Position numbers and translations under genes: made by a program | Source: an uncultured Sphingomonadaceae bacterium | Lineage (GTDB): Bacteria; Pseudomonadota; Alphaproteobacteria; Sphingomonadales; Sphingomonadaceae | Assembly (NCBI GenBank): GCA_964422435.1 | Contig: CAYRBB010000007.1 | Coordinates: forward strand, 12,363 to 76,362 | DNA length: 64,000 nt | Reading direction: 5' to 3' | The notes under the pieces: generated by a model | Databases searched by the model: none | Seen by the model: only the letters and a program-made list of their open reading frames with translations | Told to the model about the DNA's origin: nothing | Shown here: piece after piece, positions 1 through 12,934 of the stretch | Layout: each line of letters opens with the position of its first letter | Numbering within the stretch: position 1 is the stretch's first letter

Positions 1-231
1 AAATTCCGCGCATGGCATCGCGGCACACGGGAAGCTGATTATACTTTCGGCTGTTTCTTCGACACGTACCATGCCGATTGGTCGGAAGCCGAGTTGGTGT
101 GGTTCGAAAAACTGCTCACTTTTGAAGACCCGGATGTGCTTGCATGGACAATGGGCCGCGAGGAACCGCCGGAGGATATGCAGGGTAGCCAAATGGATGC
201 CTTGCGAAAGCTCGATTACGTACGCATTTAA
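1..231 (+). CDS. sdhE: Succinate dehydrogenase assembly factor 2 (SdhE/Sdh5), 5'-truncated by window edge
   Basis: Hand translation of frame 1: KFRAWHRGTREADYTFGCFFD...LLTFEDPDVLAW...LRKLDYVRI*. Contains the RGxxE motif of SdhE; sdhE-mfd adjacency is typical of alphaproteobacteria. Not in ORF track. Confidence 0.88.
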   Translation, partial: KFRAWHRGTREADYTFGCFFDTYHADWSEAELVWFEKLLTFEDPDVLAWTMGREEPPEDMQGSQMDALRKLDYVRI

Positions 232-307
232 TGCAGCCTAACTCCCGAGCACCCCCACCTCGAAATGAGCTGGGGGCTTCTGCGCGTGTGTAACAGTTGA
301 GTAAGCT

Positions 308-3300
308 ATGCCCGACCTTTCCCGTATCCTGAACGCCCACGCGCCATTGACACTAGCGCAAGTGGCACGCGGAGCGCAGCCGCTGGTGATGGCGGACATC
401 GCCCGCGCCGCAAAGGGGCCTGCCGTCTTCATCGCGCCAGATGATGCGGCAATGCGCGCCATGGTAGATGCGGCGCATTTCTTTGCGCCTGAGCTCGATG
501 TGATCGAATTTCCAGCTTGGGACTGCCTCCCCTATGACCGCGCCAGCCCCGCAATGTCGGTCAGTGCGGGACGCCTCGCCGCGCTCCACCGGATGCAGAC
601 TGCGAAACCGGGCAACCAACTGGTCGTCACCACGGTCAACGCCCTGCTCCAGCGCGTCCTCACGCCGTTCCGCATCCGCGAAGCGGTTCGCGAGTTCAAA
701 CCGGGCTTCGAGATCGGCCACGAGAGCCTCGCAACCTTGCTGCGGAAGCAAGGCTATACTCGCGTCGATACGGTAGTGGACACGGGCGAGTTCGCGATGC
801 GCGGCAGCATCGTCGACATCTATCCGAGCGGCCTGGCCGGTGGCCTGAGGCTCGATTTCTTTGGGGACGAGCTCGAAAGCCTGCGCCTCTTCGATCCGAA
901 CACTCAGCGCACTACGGCCACCGTCGACAGCCACCTCCTGCTCCCCGCCAGCGAAGCTTTGCTCGACGAGGACAGCATCAAACGCTTCCGCAGCCGTTAC
1001 CGCGAGACGTTTGGTGCAGACGCCACGCAGGACCCACTTTACGAAGCAGTGAGCGACGGCCGCCGCCTCGCCGGCATGGAACACTGGCTGCCCATGTTCG
1101 AGGAACGGATGACGACACTATTCGACCATCTCGGCGATGATGCGACTTATGTAGTTGATTCCGCCGCGATGCAGGCTGCTGAAGAGCGCGCTTCGGACAT
1201 CGCCGATTATCACAAACAGCGCGGCGAAACTTCCGGCCAGTCGCGCGGCAGCTATCGCCCTATCAATCCTGACATATTGTATCTGACGCGAGCTGAGTTT
1301 CAGTCCGCTCTGGCCAATAAACCGATCCACCGCACTTCGATTTTTGCCGAGCCCGAAAGCGACAAGGTGCTTGATTTCGGCTTCAAATCCGCGCGAGATT
1401 TCACACCCGACAGATCACAAAATACCAATGTCTATGAAGCCGCAGCAAGGCATCTCGCAAGGCTGGGCAACGAGGGCAAGCGCCCGCTTATCGCGGCTTA
1501 CACAAAAGGATCGCTGAGCCGCATCACCTCGATCATCGAAGAAGCGGGCACCAAAGTCGCCATCGCCGATAGCTGGCAAGATGCCCTTGGCGCCTCTGCC
1601 CCAAAGAACGGTAATGCCAAGCCTACCGCGATGGTCCTCCCACTGGATACCGGCTTCGCCAATAACGAGCTGGAACTGATCACCGAGCAGGATCTGCTGG
1701 GTGACCGCCTTGTCCGGCGACGCAAGAAGAAAAAGGATGCCGACGCCTTCCTTGCCGAATTGCAGGCATTGGCGCGAGGCGACTTGGTGGTTCACGTCGA
1801 TCACGGCATCGGCAAATATATCGGGCTGGAACCCATTGCTGTCGGCAAGAGCCAGCACGATTGCGTGATGCTGGAGTATCGCGGTGGCGACAAGCTCTTC
1901 ATTCCAGTCGAAAACCTTGAAGTATTGAGCCGCTATGGCTCTTCCGAAGAAACTGTTCCGCTGGACAAGCTCGGCGGCGAAGCGTGGCAAAAGCGCCGCG
2001 CAAAGCTGAAAGAGCGTATCCGCGCTATTGCAGGCGAGCTGATGAAAGTCGCCGCGGCGCGCACGCTGCGCAAAGCGCCGGTGCTGGCCGCCGAGGAAGC
2101 GAGCTACAGCCAGTTCCTGGACCGCTTCCAGTATGAAGAGACCGAGGATCAGGAAGCCGCCATTGCCGATGTCTTGCGCGATTTGGAAAGCGGGCGTCCG
2201 ATGGACCGCCTGGTCTGCGGCGATGTCGGCTTCGGCAAGACCGAGGTTGCTTTGCGGGCCGCCTTCGTCGCGGCGATGAATGGGCAGCAGATGGCAATGG
2301 TCGCCCCCACCACCCTGCTCGCCCGCCAGCACTTCCAGAATTTCATTGATCGCTTTGCGGGCTTCCCGCTCAAGATCGGCCGACTTTCGCGCCTCGTCCC
2401 AAGCAAGGAGATAGCGGACACGCGCGAAGGCCTTGCGTCGGGCGATATCGACATAGTGATCGGCACTCACGCAATCCTTTCCAAGAACACCCGGTTCAAG
2501 AACCTGGGGCTTGTGATCGTGGACGAAGAGCAGCGTTTCGGGGTCACCCACAAGGAAAAGCTGAAGCAGCTGCGCGCCGATGTGCACGTGCTCACGCTTA
2601 CCGCTACCCCGATCCCGCGCACATTGCAGATGGCCATGACGGGCCTTCGCGAGCTTTCTACGATCAAGACCCCGCCGGTCGATCGTCTCGCCGTGAGAAC
2701 TTACGTCATGGAGTGGGACGATATGGTGGTGCGCGAGGCGCTGCTGCGCGAACACCATCGCGGTGGCCAGAGTTTCATCGTCGTACCGCGTATTTCGGAC
2801 ATGGAGCCTATCGTCGAATGGCTGCGCGAATACGTGCCCGAAGTGAAGTTCGTCTTTGCCCACGGCCAGATGGCAGCTGGCGAGATCGAAGAGCGGATGA
2901 GTGCGTTCTACGACGGCAAGTACGAAGTGCTGCTGTCAACGACGATCGTGGAGTCCGGGCTCGACCTGCCGAGCGCCAACACGATTATCATCCACCGCGC
3001 CGACCGCTTTGGCCTAGCCCAGCTGTACCAGCTACGCGGGCGCGTGGGGCGCTCGAAAATCCGAGCCTACGCATATCTGACGACGCCTGCCGACAGCCAA
3101 CTTTCGGAAATAGCCGAAAAGCGGCTTAAGGTACTTGGTGATCTCGACAGCCTCGGCGCGGGCTTCCAGCTAGCGAGCCATGACCTGGATATTCGCGGAG
3201 CGGGAAACTTGCTTGGTGATGAGCAGAGCGGCCACATCCGCGAGGTAGGCTTCGAGCTCTACCAATCGATGCTGGAGGACGCGATAATGGCTGCCAAGGC

Positions 3301-3814
3301 TGGCGACGCCGGACTGGAAGTTGACCGCAGCGGCCTCAGTCCGCAGATCACAGTCGACGCGCCAATCATGATTCCCGAAGACTACGTGCCCGACCTGGCC
3401 GTTCGTATGGCGCTTTACCGCCGGCTCAATCAGGCCGAGGGTGCTGCCGAGATCGAAAGCATGGCAGCGGAAATGATCGACCGTTTCGGGGAATTACCGC
3501 CGGCAACCAAGAACCTGATCCGCTTGATCGAAGTCAAGGCACAGGCGGTCGCTGCCAATATCGCCAAGATCGAAGTCGGCGCACGCGGCACGCTGGTGAC
3601 CTTCCACAAGGATGACTTCCCCGACCCGGTAGGCCTGATCGCCTATGTCGACCGCCTGAATGCAAGCAAGCAAGGCACGGCCAAGTTGCGACCCGACATG
3701 AAACTCGTCATCAACCGCGCATGGGGTGACCCTGAGAGCCGACTAAACGGCCTCTTCCAGCTGACCAAAGGCTTGTCGGGTATCGTCAAGCGGGCAAATA
3801 ACAAGGCGGCCTGA
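308..3814 (+). CDS. mfd: Transcription-repair coupling factor
   Basis: 1168 aa; UvrB-like N-terminus, CarD-like domain ([12 protein letters not shown]), Walker [34 protein letters not shown]-terminal TRCF domain. Confidence 0.98.
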   Translation: MPDLSRILNAHAPLTLAQVARGAQPLVMADIARAAKGPAVFIAPDDAAMRAMVDAAHFFAPELDVIEFPAWDCLPYDRASPAMSVSAGRLAALHRMQTAKPGNQLVVTTVNALLQRVLTPFRIREAVREFKPGFEIGHESLATLLRKQGYTRVDTVVDTGEFAMRGSIVDIYPSGLAGGLRLDFFGDELESLRLFDPNTQRTTATVDSHLLLPASEALLDEDSIKRFRSRYRETFGADATQDPLYEAVSDGRRLAGMEHWLPMFEERMTTLFDHLGDDATYVVDSAAMQAAEERASDIADYHKQRGETSGQSRGSYRPINPDILYLTRAEFQSALANKPIHRTSIFAEPESDKVLDFGFKSARDFTPDRSQNTNVYEAAARHLARLGNEGKRPLIAAYTKGSLSRITSIIEEAGTKVAIADSWQDALGASAPKNGNAKPTAMVLPLDTGFANNELELITEQDLLGDRLVRRRKKKKDADAFLAELQALARGDLVVHVDHGIGKYIGLEPIAVGKSQHDCVMLEYRGGDKLFIPVENLEVLSRYGSSEETVPLDKLGGEAWQKRRAKLKERIRAIAGELMKVAAARTLRKAPVLAAEEASYSQFLDRFQYEETEDQEAAIADVLRDLESGRPMDRLVCGDVGFGKTEVALRAAFVAAMNGQQMAMVAPTTLLARQHFQNFIDRFAGFPLKIGRLSRLVPSKEIADTREGLASGDIDIVIGTHAILSKNTRFKNLGLVIVDEEQRFGVTHKEKLKQLRADVHVLTLTATPIPRTLQMAMTGLRELSTIKTPPVDRLAVRTYVMEWDDMVVREALLREHHRGGQSFIVVPRISDMEPIVEWLREYVPEVKFVFAHGQMAAGEIEERMSAFYDGKYEVLLSTTIVESGLDLPSANTIIIHRADRFGLAQLYQLRGRVGRSKIRAYAYLTTPADSQLSEIAEKRLKVLGDLDSLGAGFQLASHDLDIRGAGNLLGDEQSGHIREVGFELYQSMLEDAIMAAKAGDAGLEVDRSGLSPQITVDAPIMIPEDYVPDLAVRMALYRRLNQAEGAAEIESMAAEMIDRFGELPPATKNLIRLIEVKAQAVAANIAKIEVGARGTLVTFHKDDFPDPVGLIAYVDRLNASKQGTAKLRPDMKLVINRAWGDPESRLNGLFQLTKGLSGIVKRANNKAA

Positions 3815-3885
3815 TTACCAGAATGACGGGTTGAAAATCTTTCCCTTTGGGGGTCTATTCCTTCGTGAAGGAGAGACATCACCCC

Positions 3886-6300
3886 ATGCGATACTTGCTG
3901 ACAACCACCATTGGCATTGCCCTGGCAGCCCCCCTCGCCACCGCTGCGTTTGCGCAAGACGAAGGCTATCGCGAACCGCCGGCGGAGATTACCGATATCG
4001 TTACGCGCGCCCCTTCTCCTAGCGTCTCGGTGTCCCCCGATGGCAAAACGCTGCTGCTGCTGGAACGCGAAAGTCTGCCACCGGTCGCCGAACTCGCACG
4101 CCCGATGGAAAAGCTAGCGGGTCTGAGGCTTGATGCTGCAATCAATGACCGGCACGGTACCCGCGCATTTGTCGGAATGCGGTTGCGCGGCGTAGACGGC
4201 AGTAACGACATGCAGGTCGATCTTCCCGCAGAAGCCGACGTATCGGACCTTACATGGTCGCCTGATGGCAGCCATGTCGCCTTCACCAATACCTATCCCG
4301 ATGGTATGGCCCTGATGGTGCTCGACACGGCGAGTGGCGAAGCAACGACAGTGCTGGAGCGCGGCATCAATCCCATCTTCCAAGGGCCGCGCTGGATGCC
4401 CGACGGCCGTCTGTTGGCGATGGTATCGCCAGAGGACCGTGGGCCGGTGCCGCAGGAATCGCTGACCCCCACCGGTCCGGCCATTCAAGACGCATCGGGT
4501 GGTGAGGACGCACAAACACGCACCTATCAGGATCTGCTTGAGAACCCGCACGATGAGGCGCTGTTTACATGGCTCGGTACCAGCCAGCCGGTCGCTTTCA
4601 ACGCCGCAAACGGAACGAGCGAGACGCTTGGGGAGCCGCGGATGTACACCTACGCTGCTGCTTCTCCGAACGGTGAATACATCCTGATGGAATGGTTGGA
4701 GCAACCGTACAGCTACCAGGTGCCTTATTCACGCTTTCCGCTGACTTCGGTCATCACTGATACCAACGGTAACTTCGTAACCGAGATCGCCCGGCGACCG
4801 CTTGCCGACAATCTGCCAGTACAGGGGGTGCCGACTGGTCGCCGTAGTATTGTCTGGCACCCGACCGAACCGGCGCTGATACTATGGGCAGAGGCGCAGG
4901 ATGGCGGCGATCCGCGTGTCGAGACCGATGTGCGCGATGCAATGTTTGGCCTTGCCGCGCCGTTCACTGACCAGCCTGAAGAGATTGCGCAGTTCGAAGA
5001 CCGCTTCTCCAGCTTTGCCGGCATGGAAAACACCGATGACATTATCGCGTATGATTATGATCGCGATACGCGGGAACTGCGTATCTCGCAGATCGATGTG
5101 ACCGGTGACAATGCGCAGCGCGAACTGCTCCTGCGCAATATTCAAGATGCCTATGGCGATCCGGGCTCACCTGTCATGACCAACACCGATGCCGGCTTTT
5201 CGGTCGCCCGGATGGACGATGGCGCACTGCTGATGACGGGTAACGGTGCAACACCGGACGGCTTGCGCCCGTTCCTCCGTCGCTTCGACCTCGACACGCT
5301 GGAGACACAGGAACTCTGGCGTAACGATACGGAAGAGCTGGAACGCGTTGTCGATGTGCTCGATGATGAAGGCGAACGCTTCATAACCTATTTCGAGAAC
5401 CCGAATAATCCAGGCAATTTCCGTTTGCGCGCAGGGGACGACGTGACCGACCTCACCGAATTCCCCGATCCGCATCCGGAACTGACCGGTATCAGCCGCG
5501 AGCTGGTAACCTATACCCGCGCCGACGGGACCGAACTTACCGCGACGCTCTACCTCCCGCCGGACTATGTAGAAGGCGAAACGCTACCGCTCGTCGTCTG
5601 GGCCTATCCGCGCGAGTTCAACAATGCCGCCACTGCTTCGCAAAACCGCGATTCACCCTACCGTTTCACTCGCATTGGCAGCTATTCGCACCTGTTCTTC
5701 CTCACCCAGGGATATGCCGTGCTGGACAATGCCGCCATGCCGGTGATTGGTGACGACCCGGAGACGGTGAACGACACTTTCATCGAGCAGGTCGTCTCCT
5801 CTGCACAAGCGGCGGTCGATTTCTCGGTCGAGCGTGGCTTTGGTGACGGATATCGTGTTGGCGTGGGCGGGCACAGTTATGGTGCCTTCATGACTGCTCA
5901 CCTGCTCGCCCGCAGTGATATTTTTCGCGCCGGCATCGCCCGATCGGGCGCTTATAACCGCACGCTAACACCCTTCGGTTTCCAGTCCGAGCGTCGCATT
6001 TTCTGGGATGCACAGGATACCTATTACGAGTTATCACCCTTCATGGCCGCCAATATGATCAACGAGCCCATGCTGCTGATCCACGGCGACAATGACAACA
6101 ATTCGGGCACTTTCCCGCAGCAGTCAGAACGCATGTTCGCGGCCATCCGCGGAACAGGCGGCACCGCGCGACTCGTGATGCTGCCGCATGAAAGCCACGG
6201 CTATCGCGGACGGGAAAGCGTACTGCACACACTGGCGGAGATGATCGACTGGTTCGACATGCATGTGCGGGACGCCGAAATGCCTGTAGAGGGAGAATAA
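3886..6300 (+). CDS. Secreted S9 (prolyl oligopeptidase-family) peptidase
   Basis: Start moved to ATG 3886 after AAGGAG; signal peptide MRYLLTTTIGIALAAPLATAAFAQ; nucleophile GHSYG, Asp in HGDNDNN, His in HESHG. Confidence 0.9.
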   Translation: MRYLLTTTIGIALAAPLATAAFAQDEGYREPPAEITDIVTRAPSPSVSVSPDGKTLLLLERESLPPVAELARPMEKLAGLRLDAAINDRHGTRAFVGMRLRGVDGSNDMQVDLPAEADVSDLTWSPDGSHVAFTNTYPDGMALMVLDTASGEATTVLERGINPIFQGPRWMPDGRLLAMVSPEDRGPVPQESLTPTGPAIQDASGGEDAQTRTYQDLLENPHDEALFTWLGTSQPVAFNAANGTSETLGEPRMYTYAAASPNGEYILMEWLEQPYSYQVPYSRFPLTSVITDTNGNFVTEIARRPLADNLPVQGVPTGRRSIVWHPTEPALILWAEAQDGGDPRVETDVRDAMFGLAAPFTDQPEEIAQFEDRFSSFAGMENTDDIIAYDYDRDTRELRISQIDVTGDNAQRELLLRNIQDAYGDPGSPVMTNTDAGFSVARMDDGALLMTGNGATPDGLRPFLRRFDLDTLETQELWRNDTEELERVVDVLDDEGERFITYFENPNNPGNFRLRAGDDVTDLTEFPDPHPELTGISRELVTYTRADGTELTATLYLPPDYVEGETLPLVVWAYPREFNNAATASQNRDSPYRFTRIGSYSHLFFLTQGYAVLDNAAMPVIGDDPETVNDTFIEQVVSSAQAAVDFSVERGFGDGYRVGVGGHSYGAFMTAHLLARSDIFRAGIARSGAYNRTLTPFGFQSERRIFWDAQDTYYELSPFMAANMINEPMLLIHGDNDNNSGTFPQQSERMFAAIRGTGGTARLVMLPHESHGYRGRESVLHTLAEMIDWFDMHVRDAEMPVEGE

Positions 6301-6307
6301 CAACCTG

Positions 6308-7330
6308 ATGTGCAACCGGATGCGTGCGCTGGTCATGACCGGCTATGGCGGTCCGGACAAAACCAGGCTGCGCGATATGGGTATCCCCGACGTGCGGCCT
6401 GGTGGTCTTTTGGTAAAGGTCCGTGCCGCCGGGCTCAATCCGGTCGATTTCAAGATCCGGGATGGGATGCTGAAGGCCATCCAAGACTACAGTTTCCCCG
6501 CGGTCATGGGCAATGAATTGGCCGGTACGGTTGAAGTGGTGGGTGACGGTGTCTTGGGCTTCAAGCCAGGCGATCGCATCTACGCCCGCGTACCGAAAGA
6601 GGATATGGGGGCAATCGCAGACTATGCAGCAGTACCTGCGGACGTTTGCGCTATCATGCCTGCCTCGCTCGATTTTGCCCAGGCTGCGGCCGTCCCGCTA
6701 GCAGGTCTTACCGCACTCCAGGTCTTGCGCGACAAACTCAAGTTGCAAGCCGGGAACACAGTGTTCATTTCTGCAGGGGCAGGAGGCGTTGGCACTTTTG
6801 CCATCCCCATTGCCAAATGGCTGGGCGCGCATGTCACGACAACAGCTTCACCGCGCGGACTCGAATTGGTTGCGAGACTTGGGGCCGACCGGATCATCGA
6901 TTACACCAGCCAGAATTTCGAAGATTTGTTGACCGAGAAGGTTGATGGCGCTTTCGACCTTGTCGGTGGAGAGACGCTCACCCGCACTTTCGGGATCGTG
7001 AAAAGCGGTGGCAAGGTCGTCTCAATTGCCGGCATGCCCGAACCACGCACCGCTTCAAAAGATCTTGATCGCGGTTTTCCGCTTTCCGCCCTCTTCTGGG
7101 TTGCCAGTCTCGAGTTTCGGCTTCAAGCCAAGCGGCACGGCGTAGACTACCGCTATCTGTTCATGAGGCCCTCGGGCCATGGCTTGCGCGATCTGGCATG
7201 CCTTGTCGACGATGAATTGCTGAAGCCCGTGATTGACCACGTATTCCCGTTTGCGGAGAGCAAGGAAGCTCTGGCGTATCTCGAACGCGGACACGCAAAG
7301 GGAAAAGTCATCATTTCGATGGAAGACTGA
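6308..7330 (+). CDS. NADP-dependent oxidoreductase (MDR/quinone oxidoreductase family)
   Basis: VRAAGLNPVDFKIRDG, AAAVPLAGLTALQ, AGAGGVG nucleotide-binding loop, C-terminal GHAKGKVII. Confidence 0.9.
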   Translation: MCNRMRALVMTGYGGPDKTRLRDMGIPDVRPGGLLVKVRAAGLNPVDFKIRDGMLKAIQDYSFPAVMGNELAGTVEVVGDGVLGFKPGDRIYARVPKEDMGAIADYAAVPADVCAIMPASLDFAQAAAVPLAGLTALQVLRDKLKLQAGNTVFISAGAGGVGTFAIPIAKWLGAHVTTTASPRGLELVARLGADRIIDYTSQNFEDLLTEKVDGAFDLVGGETLTRTFGIVKSGGKVVSIAGMPEPRTASKDLDRGFPLSALFWVASLEFRLQAKRHGVDYRYLFMRPSGHGLRDLACLVDDELLKPVIDHVFPFAESKEALAYLERGHAKGKVIISMED

Positions 7331-8149
7331 TCATCCGGACGAAAATGCGGAACTCGTCAAAAATTCGCTCGCAGAAACCGGTTTGCCGCCCAAGAAGCCC
7401 TGCCACATCCGGCATCCCTCGCGGATGGCGGTTACGCGTTGTTCTTCGGTTTCGATACCCTCGGCAATTACTCGCAGATCGAGCGCGCGGGCCATTGCGA
7501 TAATCGCCCTCAACACCGCGAGGTCGCGCTGATCGTGCGCGATTCCCTCAATCATTGATCGATCAAGCTTGAGCGAATGCAGCGGCAATACTTTCAGATA
7601 GCGGAAGTTGCAAAAACCGGCTCCGAAATCATCGAGCGCAATGCGGATCCCGTGGTGCGCCAGCGCTTCAAGCCTGACGGCCGACCGGTCGAGATCAGCC
7701 ACCAAAGCCTGTTCGGTGATCTCCAGCGTCAGGCGCTCGGAAGGAAAACCGCTCTCGCGCAACATAGCCAGCAATTCTTCGCCAAAGGTGCGGTCGAACA
7801 GGTCCATTGCGGTAACATTGAGGGACAGGCGAAGATGATCCGGCCAGTCGCGCGCTTCGACCAATGCCGCCCGTGCAATGTGGCGCGAGAACCTTCGTGC
7901 AAAGCCGCCACTTTGTGCAATCGCCACGAGCGAATCGCCGGACATCTTACCATGATCGGGATGGTCCCAGCGCACCAGCGCCTCGGCGCCTACCAATGCT
8001 CCGCCCTCGCCCTCGAACTGGGGTTGGAACAATAGCTCGATAGCGCCTGCCGTAATGGCCTCGGCAAGATCTTCCATAATGGGGTGGGGTCCACTGCGTC
8101 GGCGATCAGTTCGCCTCCGTCTGTCGTGAACCTGCGTGGGAATCGACAT
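7331..8149 (-). CDS. Stand-alone EAL-domain c-di-GMP phosphodiesterase
   Basis: GAEALVRW, LSLNV, LEITE, DDFGAG, LKLD, AEGIE, QGFL motifs; start at 8149 (MSIPTQ) is an estimate. Confidence 0.88.
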   Translation of the reverse strand: MSIPTQVHDRRRRTDRRRSGPHPIMEDLAEAITAGAIELLFQPQFEGEGGALVGAEALVRWDHPDHGKMSGDSLVAIAQSGGFARRFSRHIARAALVEARDWPDHLRLSLNVTAMDLFDRTFGEELLAMLRESGFPSERLTLEITEQALVADLDRSAVRLEALAHHGIRIALDDFGAGFCNFRYLKVLPLHSLKLDRSMIEGIAHDQRDLAVLRAIIAMARALDLRVIAEGIETEEQRVTAIREGCRMWQGFLGGKPVSASEFLTSSAFSSG

Positions 8150-8201
8150 GACCCTGATGTGCCAAATCCTTGACACGCTGTCCCGCTATCCAAAAGTCGC
8201 G

Positions 8202-8230
8202 TTGCAAATCGGGACGCGTATTCATAGAAC
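8202..8230 (+). promoter_or_regulatory. Sigma70-like promoter giving a probable leaderless NAD kinase mRNA
   Basis: TTGCAA(8202-8207)-N17-TAGAAC(8225-8230), then 6 nt to ATG 8237; no SD. Confidence 0.55.
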
Positions 8231-8236
8231 CCGCCC

Positions 8237-9046
8237 ATGGGAGCCGGATCAGCCAGCAGCGACAACACCAAGCCGATTGAACGGTTGGCGCTCATTTATT
8301 CACAGTCAGACCGCGCGCGTAAAGGTGCCCGCGAATTGTGCGAGCGCTACGATTTTGCACCGATCGATCAAGCCGATGCGGTTGTCGCATTGGGCGGCGA
8401 TGGCACCATGCTGGATGCGCTGCACGACATGCTAGATGCCGGCCGTATCATTCCGGTTTTCGGCCTCAATCTTGGCACGGTCGGCTTCCTGATGAACCGT
8501 CATCATGGAGCTAATGGACTGTTGGAACGGATAGCGGACGCCAAGGCGATGGCTGTTCGTCCTTTACGGATGGAAGCCGTCACCCAAGATGGTGTCCGCC
8601 ATACGCATAATGCGATCAACGAAGTCAGCTTGCTGCGTGAAACACGGCAAACGGCAAAGGTCGAAGTTTCCGTGAACGGAAAAGTGCGGATTGGTGAACT
8701 CGCGGGCGACGGTGTGCTGCTCTCTACGCCAGTTGGCTCGACCGCGTACAACCTTTCCGCAAACGGCCCGATCCTGCCGCTGGATTCACGCATGCTCGCG
8801 CTCACCCCGATCAGCCCGTTCCGACCGCGCCGCTGGCCTGGTGCGATTTTGCCGGAAACGAGCAAAGTCACATTCCGCGTTCGGGAGCCAGCCAAGCGTC
8901 CTGTAGCGGTCGTGGCCGACCAGCGTGAAGTGCGCGATATTGCGGAAGTACATGTTGAAATCGCCGAAGATCGGGAAATGACCCTGCTGTTCGACCCGGG
9001 CCACGCGCTGGACGAGCGCATTGTGGCAGAGCAATTCATCACCTGA
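8237..9046 (+). CDS. nadK: NAD kinase
   Basis: GGDGT motif, NLGTVGFL, NEV, GDGVLLSTPVGSTAYNLSANGP. Confidence 0.95.
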   Translation: MGAGSASSDNTKPIERLALIYSQSDRARKGARELCERYDFAPIDQADAVVALGGDGTMLDALHDMLDAGRIIPVFGLNLGTVGFLMNRHHGANGLLERIADAKAMAVRPLRMEAVTQDGVRHTHNAINEVSLLRETRQTAKVEVSVNGKVRIGELAGDGVLLSTPVGSTAYNLSANGPILPLDSRMLALTPISPFRPRRWPGAILPETSKVTFRVREPAKRPVAVVADQREVRDIAEVHVEIAEDREMTLLFDPGHALDERIVAEQFIT

Positions 9047-9092
9047 TTTTCACAGGCTTTACCCGCAATTTACACTTTGCGAATTTCGACCC

Positions 9093-9121
9093 TTGCCAAA
9101 CCGAAACCGCCCCAATATACG
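9093..9121 (+). promoter_or_regulatory. Sigma70 promoter of tRNA-Asn
   Basis: TTGCCA-N17-TATACG followed by a GC-rich discriminator. Confidence 0.6.
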
Positions 9122-9144
9122 CGCTCACCTGCCCATCGGGCTGC

Positions 9145-9219
9145 TCCCCGATAGCTCAGCGGTAGAGTAGGTGACTGTTAATCACTTGGTCGTTGGTTCG
9201 AATCCAACTCGGGGAGCCA
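9145..9219 (+). tRNA. tRNA-Asn (GTT)
   Basis: Acceptor TCCCCGA/TCGGGGA + GCCA; D arm AGCTCAGCGGTAGAGT; anticodon arm GGTGA-CT GTT AA-TCACT; T loop GTTCGAATC. Confidence 0.97.
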
Positions 9220-9262
9220 TTTTTCCTGACATTATCGGAAAATGACGCGCCTTGCGGGTATG

Positions 9263-9312
9263 AAAAAGGCCGCACATCTTTGACTCGTCAGCCAGGGAGC
9301 CAGCGCGGCCTT
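9263..9312 (-). terminator. Large-loop intrinsic terminator on the minus strand
   Basis: Minus-strand RNA AAGGCCGCGC...GUGCGGCCUUUUU: 10-bp stem with one GU, U5 tail, about 50 nt downstream of the 9365 stop. Confidence 0.5.
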
Positions 9313-9364
9313 GCCACTACAATAAAGGTTAAGGTGATCGGTTCCCGGTGTACGATGAAATTTT

Positions 9365-9967
9365 TCAGCGCCGCTGGAATCGCAAGCCGATTACCGGTGG
9401 AGCAGTCCGATCCTCTCGCCCTTCTAGCCCCAAATTGTTGTCAGCGGCGTCTTGCACAAGATCTCCCAGAGACGATGACTCAACATAGAGAACGCCGCCA
9501 GGCACAAGAACACTGGCGATCGCTGCCGCATCGAACCCTCCGTCAGCCTCCAGTACCCAGACCATGTCGAGCGTAGAGACTGCGGCGATATCCGTTACCA
9601 GTTCGATATTTCCGTATCGTTCGGCGAGCTCACCGAAAACCGCCCGAGCGCCCGCATCGTCCGGTGCTACAACCACGTAGAGACGCCCCGTAGGTCCAAT
9701 GGCCTGTGCGAGCAGTCGCGTGTAATAGCCTTCTCCAGGCGATATTTCGAGGACGCGCTGCCCTGTGTTCACGCGCGCAAACAGCATCGTTTCAAAAGGC
9801 CGGCGCTGCGCATCTTGTGCCACATGCTCAGCTGGGCGTGCGGGGCTGACAACCGACGCGAGAAGCAGTTCCTCCCGCTGAATAGCGGCAAGGTCGTTCG
9901 AAGTGTTGGACACGCACGCCGAGAGCACCAGCACGGCGATAGCGACGACCGGAATCAAAAAACGCAT
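9365..9967 (-). CDS. Putative lipoprotein with class I SAM-methyltransferase-like core
   Basis: Lipobox VLSAC; VLEISPGEGYYTRLLA resembles MTase motif I; SD AGGAG. Confidence 0.65.
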   Translation of the reverse strand: MRFLIPVVAIAVLVLSACVSNTSNDLAAIQREELLLASVVSPARPAEHVAQDAQRRPFETMLFARVNTGQRVLEISPGEGYYTRLLAQAIGPTGRLYVVVAPDDAGARAVFGELAERYGNIELVTDIAAVSTLDMVWVLEADGGFDAAAIASVLVPGGVLYVESSSLGDLVQDAADNNLGLEGREDRTAPPVIGLRFQRR

Positions 9968-10045
9968 GAAACTCTCCTTACAGGTAACGCTAGCCTAGCG
10001 ACATAATCCGGCAAAGGAGAGGTTTGCGCGTTTCTTAACTGCGGC

Positions 10046-12847
<2,802 letters not shown>

Positions 12848-12934
12848 GGTGGACTACCTGTTTGAAAATATGTGGAAATAGGCCGCGCAGAACAGCGCGA
12901 CCGAAAAAGTCTGTGCGGGGCTGGAAAGGCGGCG

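Noticed and set aside
1415-2863. Long antisense or alternate-frame ORFs (also 11774-12865, 14636-15595, 18045-19418, 22049-23131, 53474-54553, 54465-55541, 58734-59627)
   Set aside because: They lie opposite well-supported genes, have no recognisable motifs, and are expected shadows of GC-rich codon usage.
9145-9364. tRNA-Asn and tRNA-Arg as integration sites
   Set aside because: No duplicated tRNA 3' end found; the only match is an 8-nt GGGGAGCC near 44656, consistent with chance.
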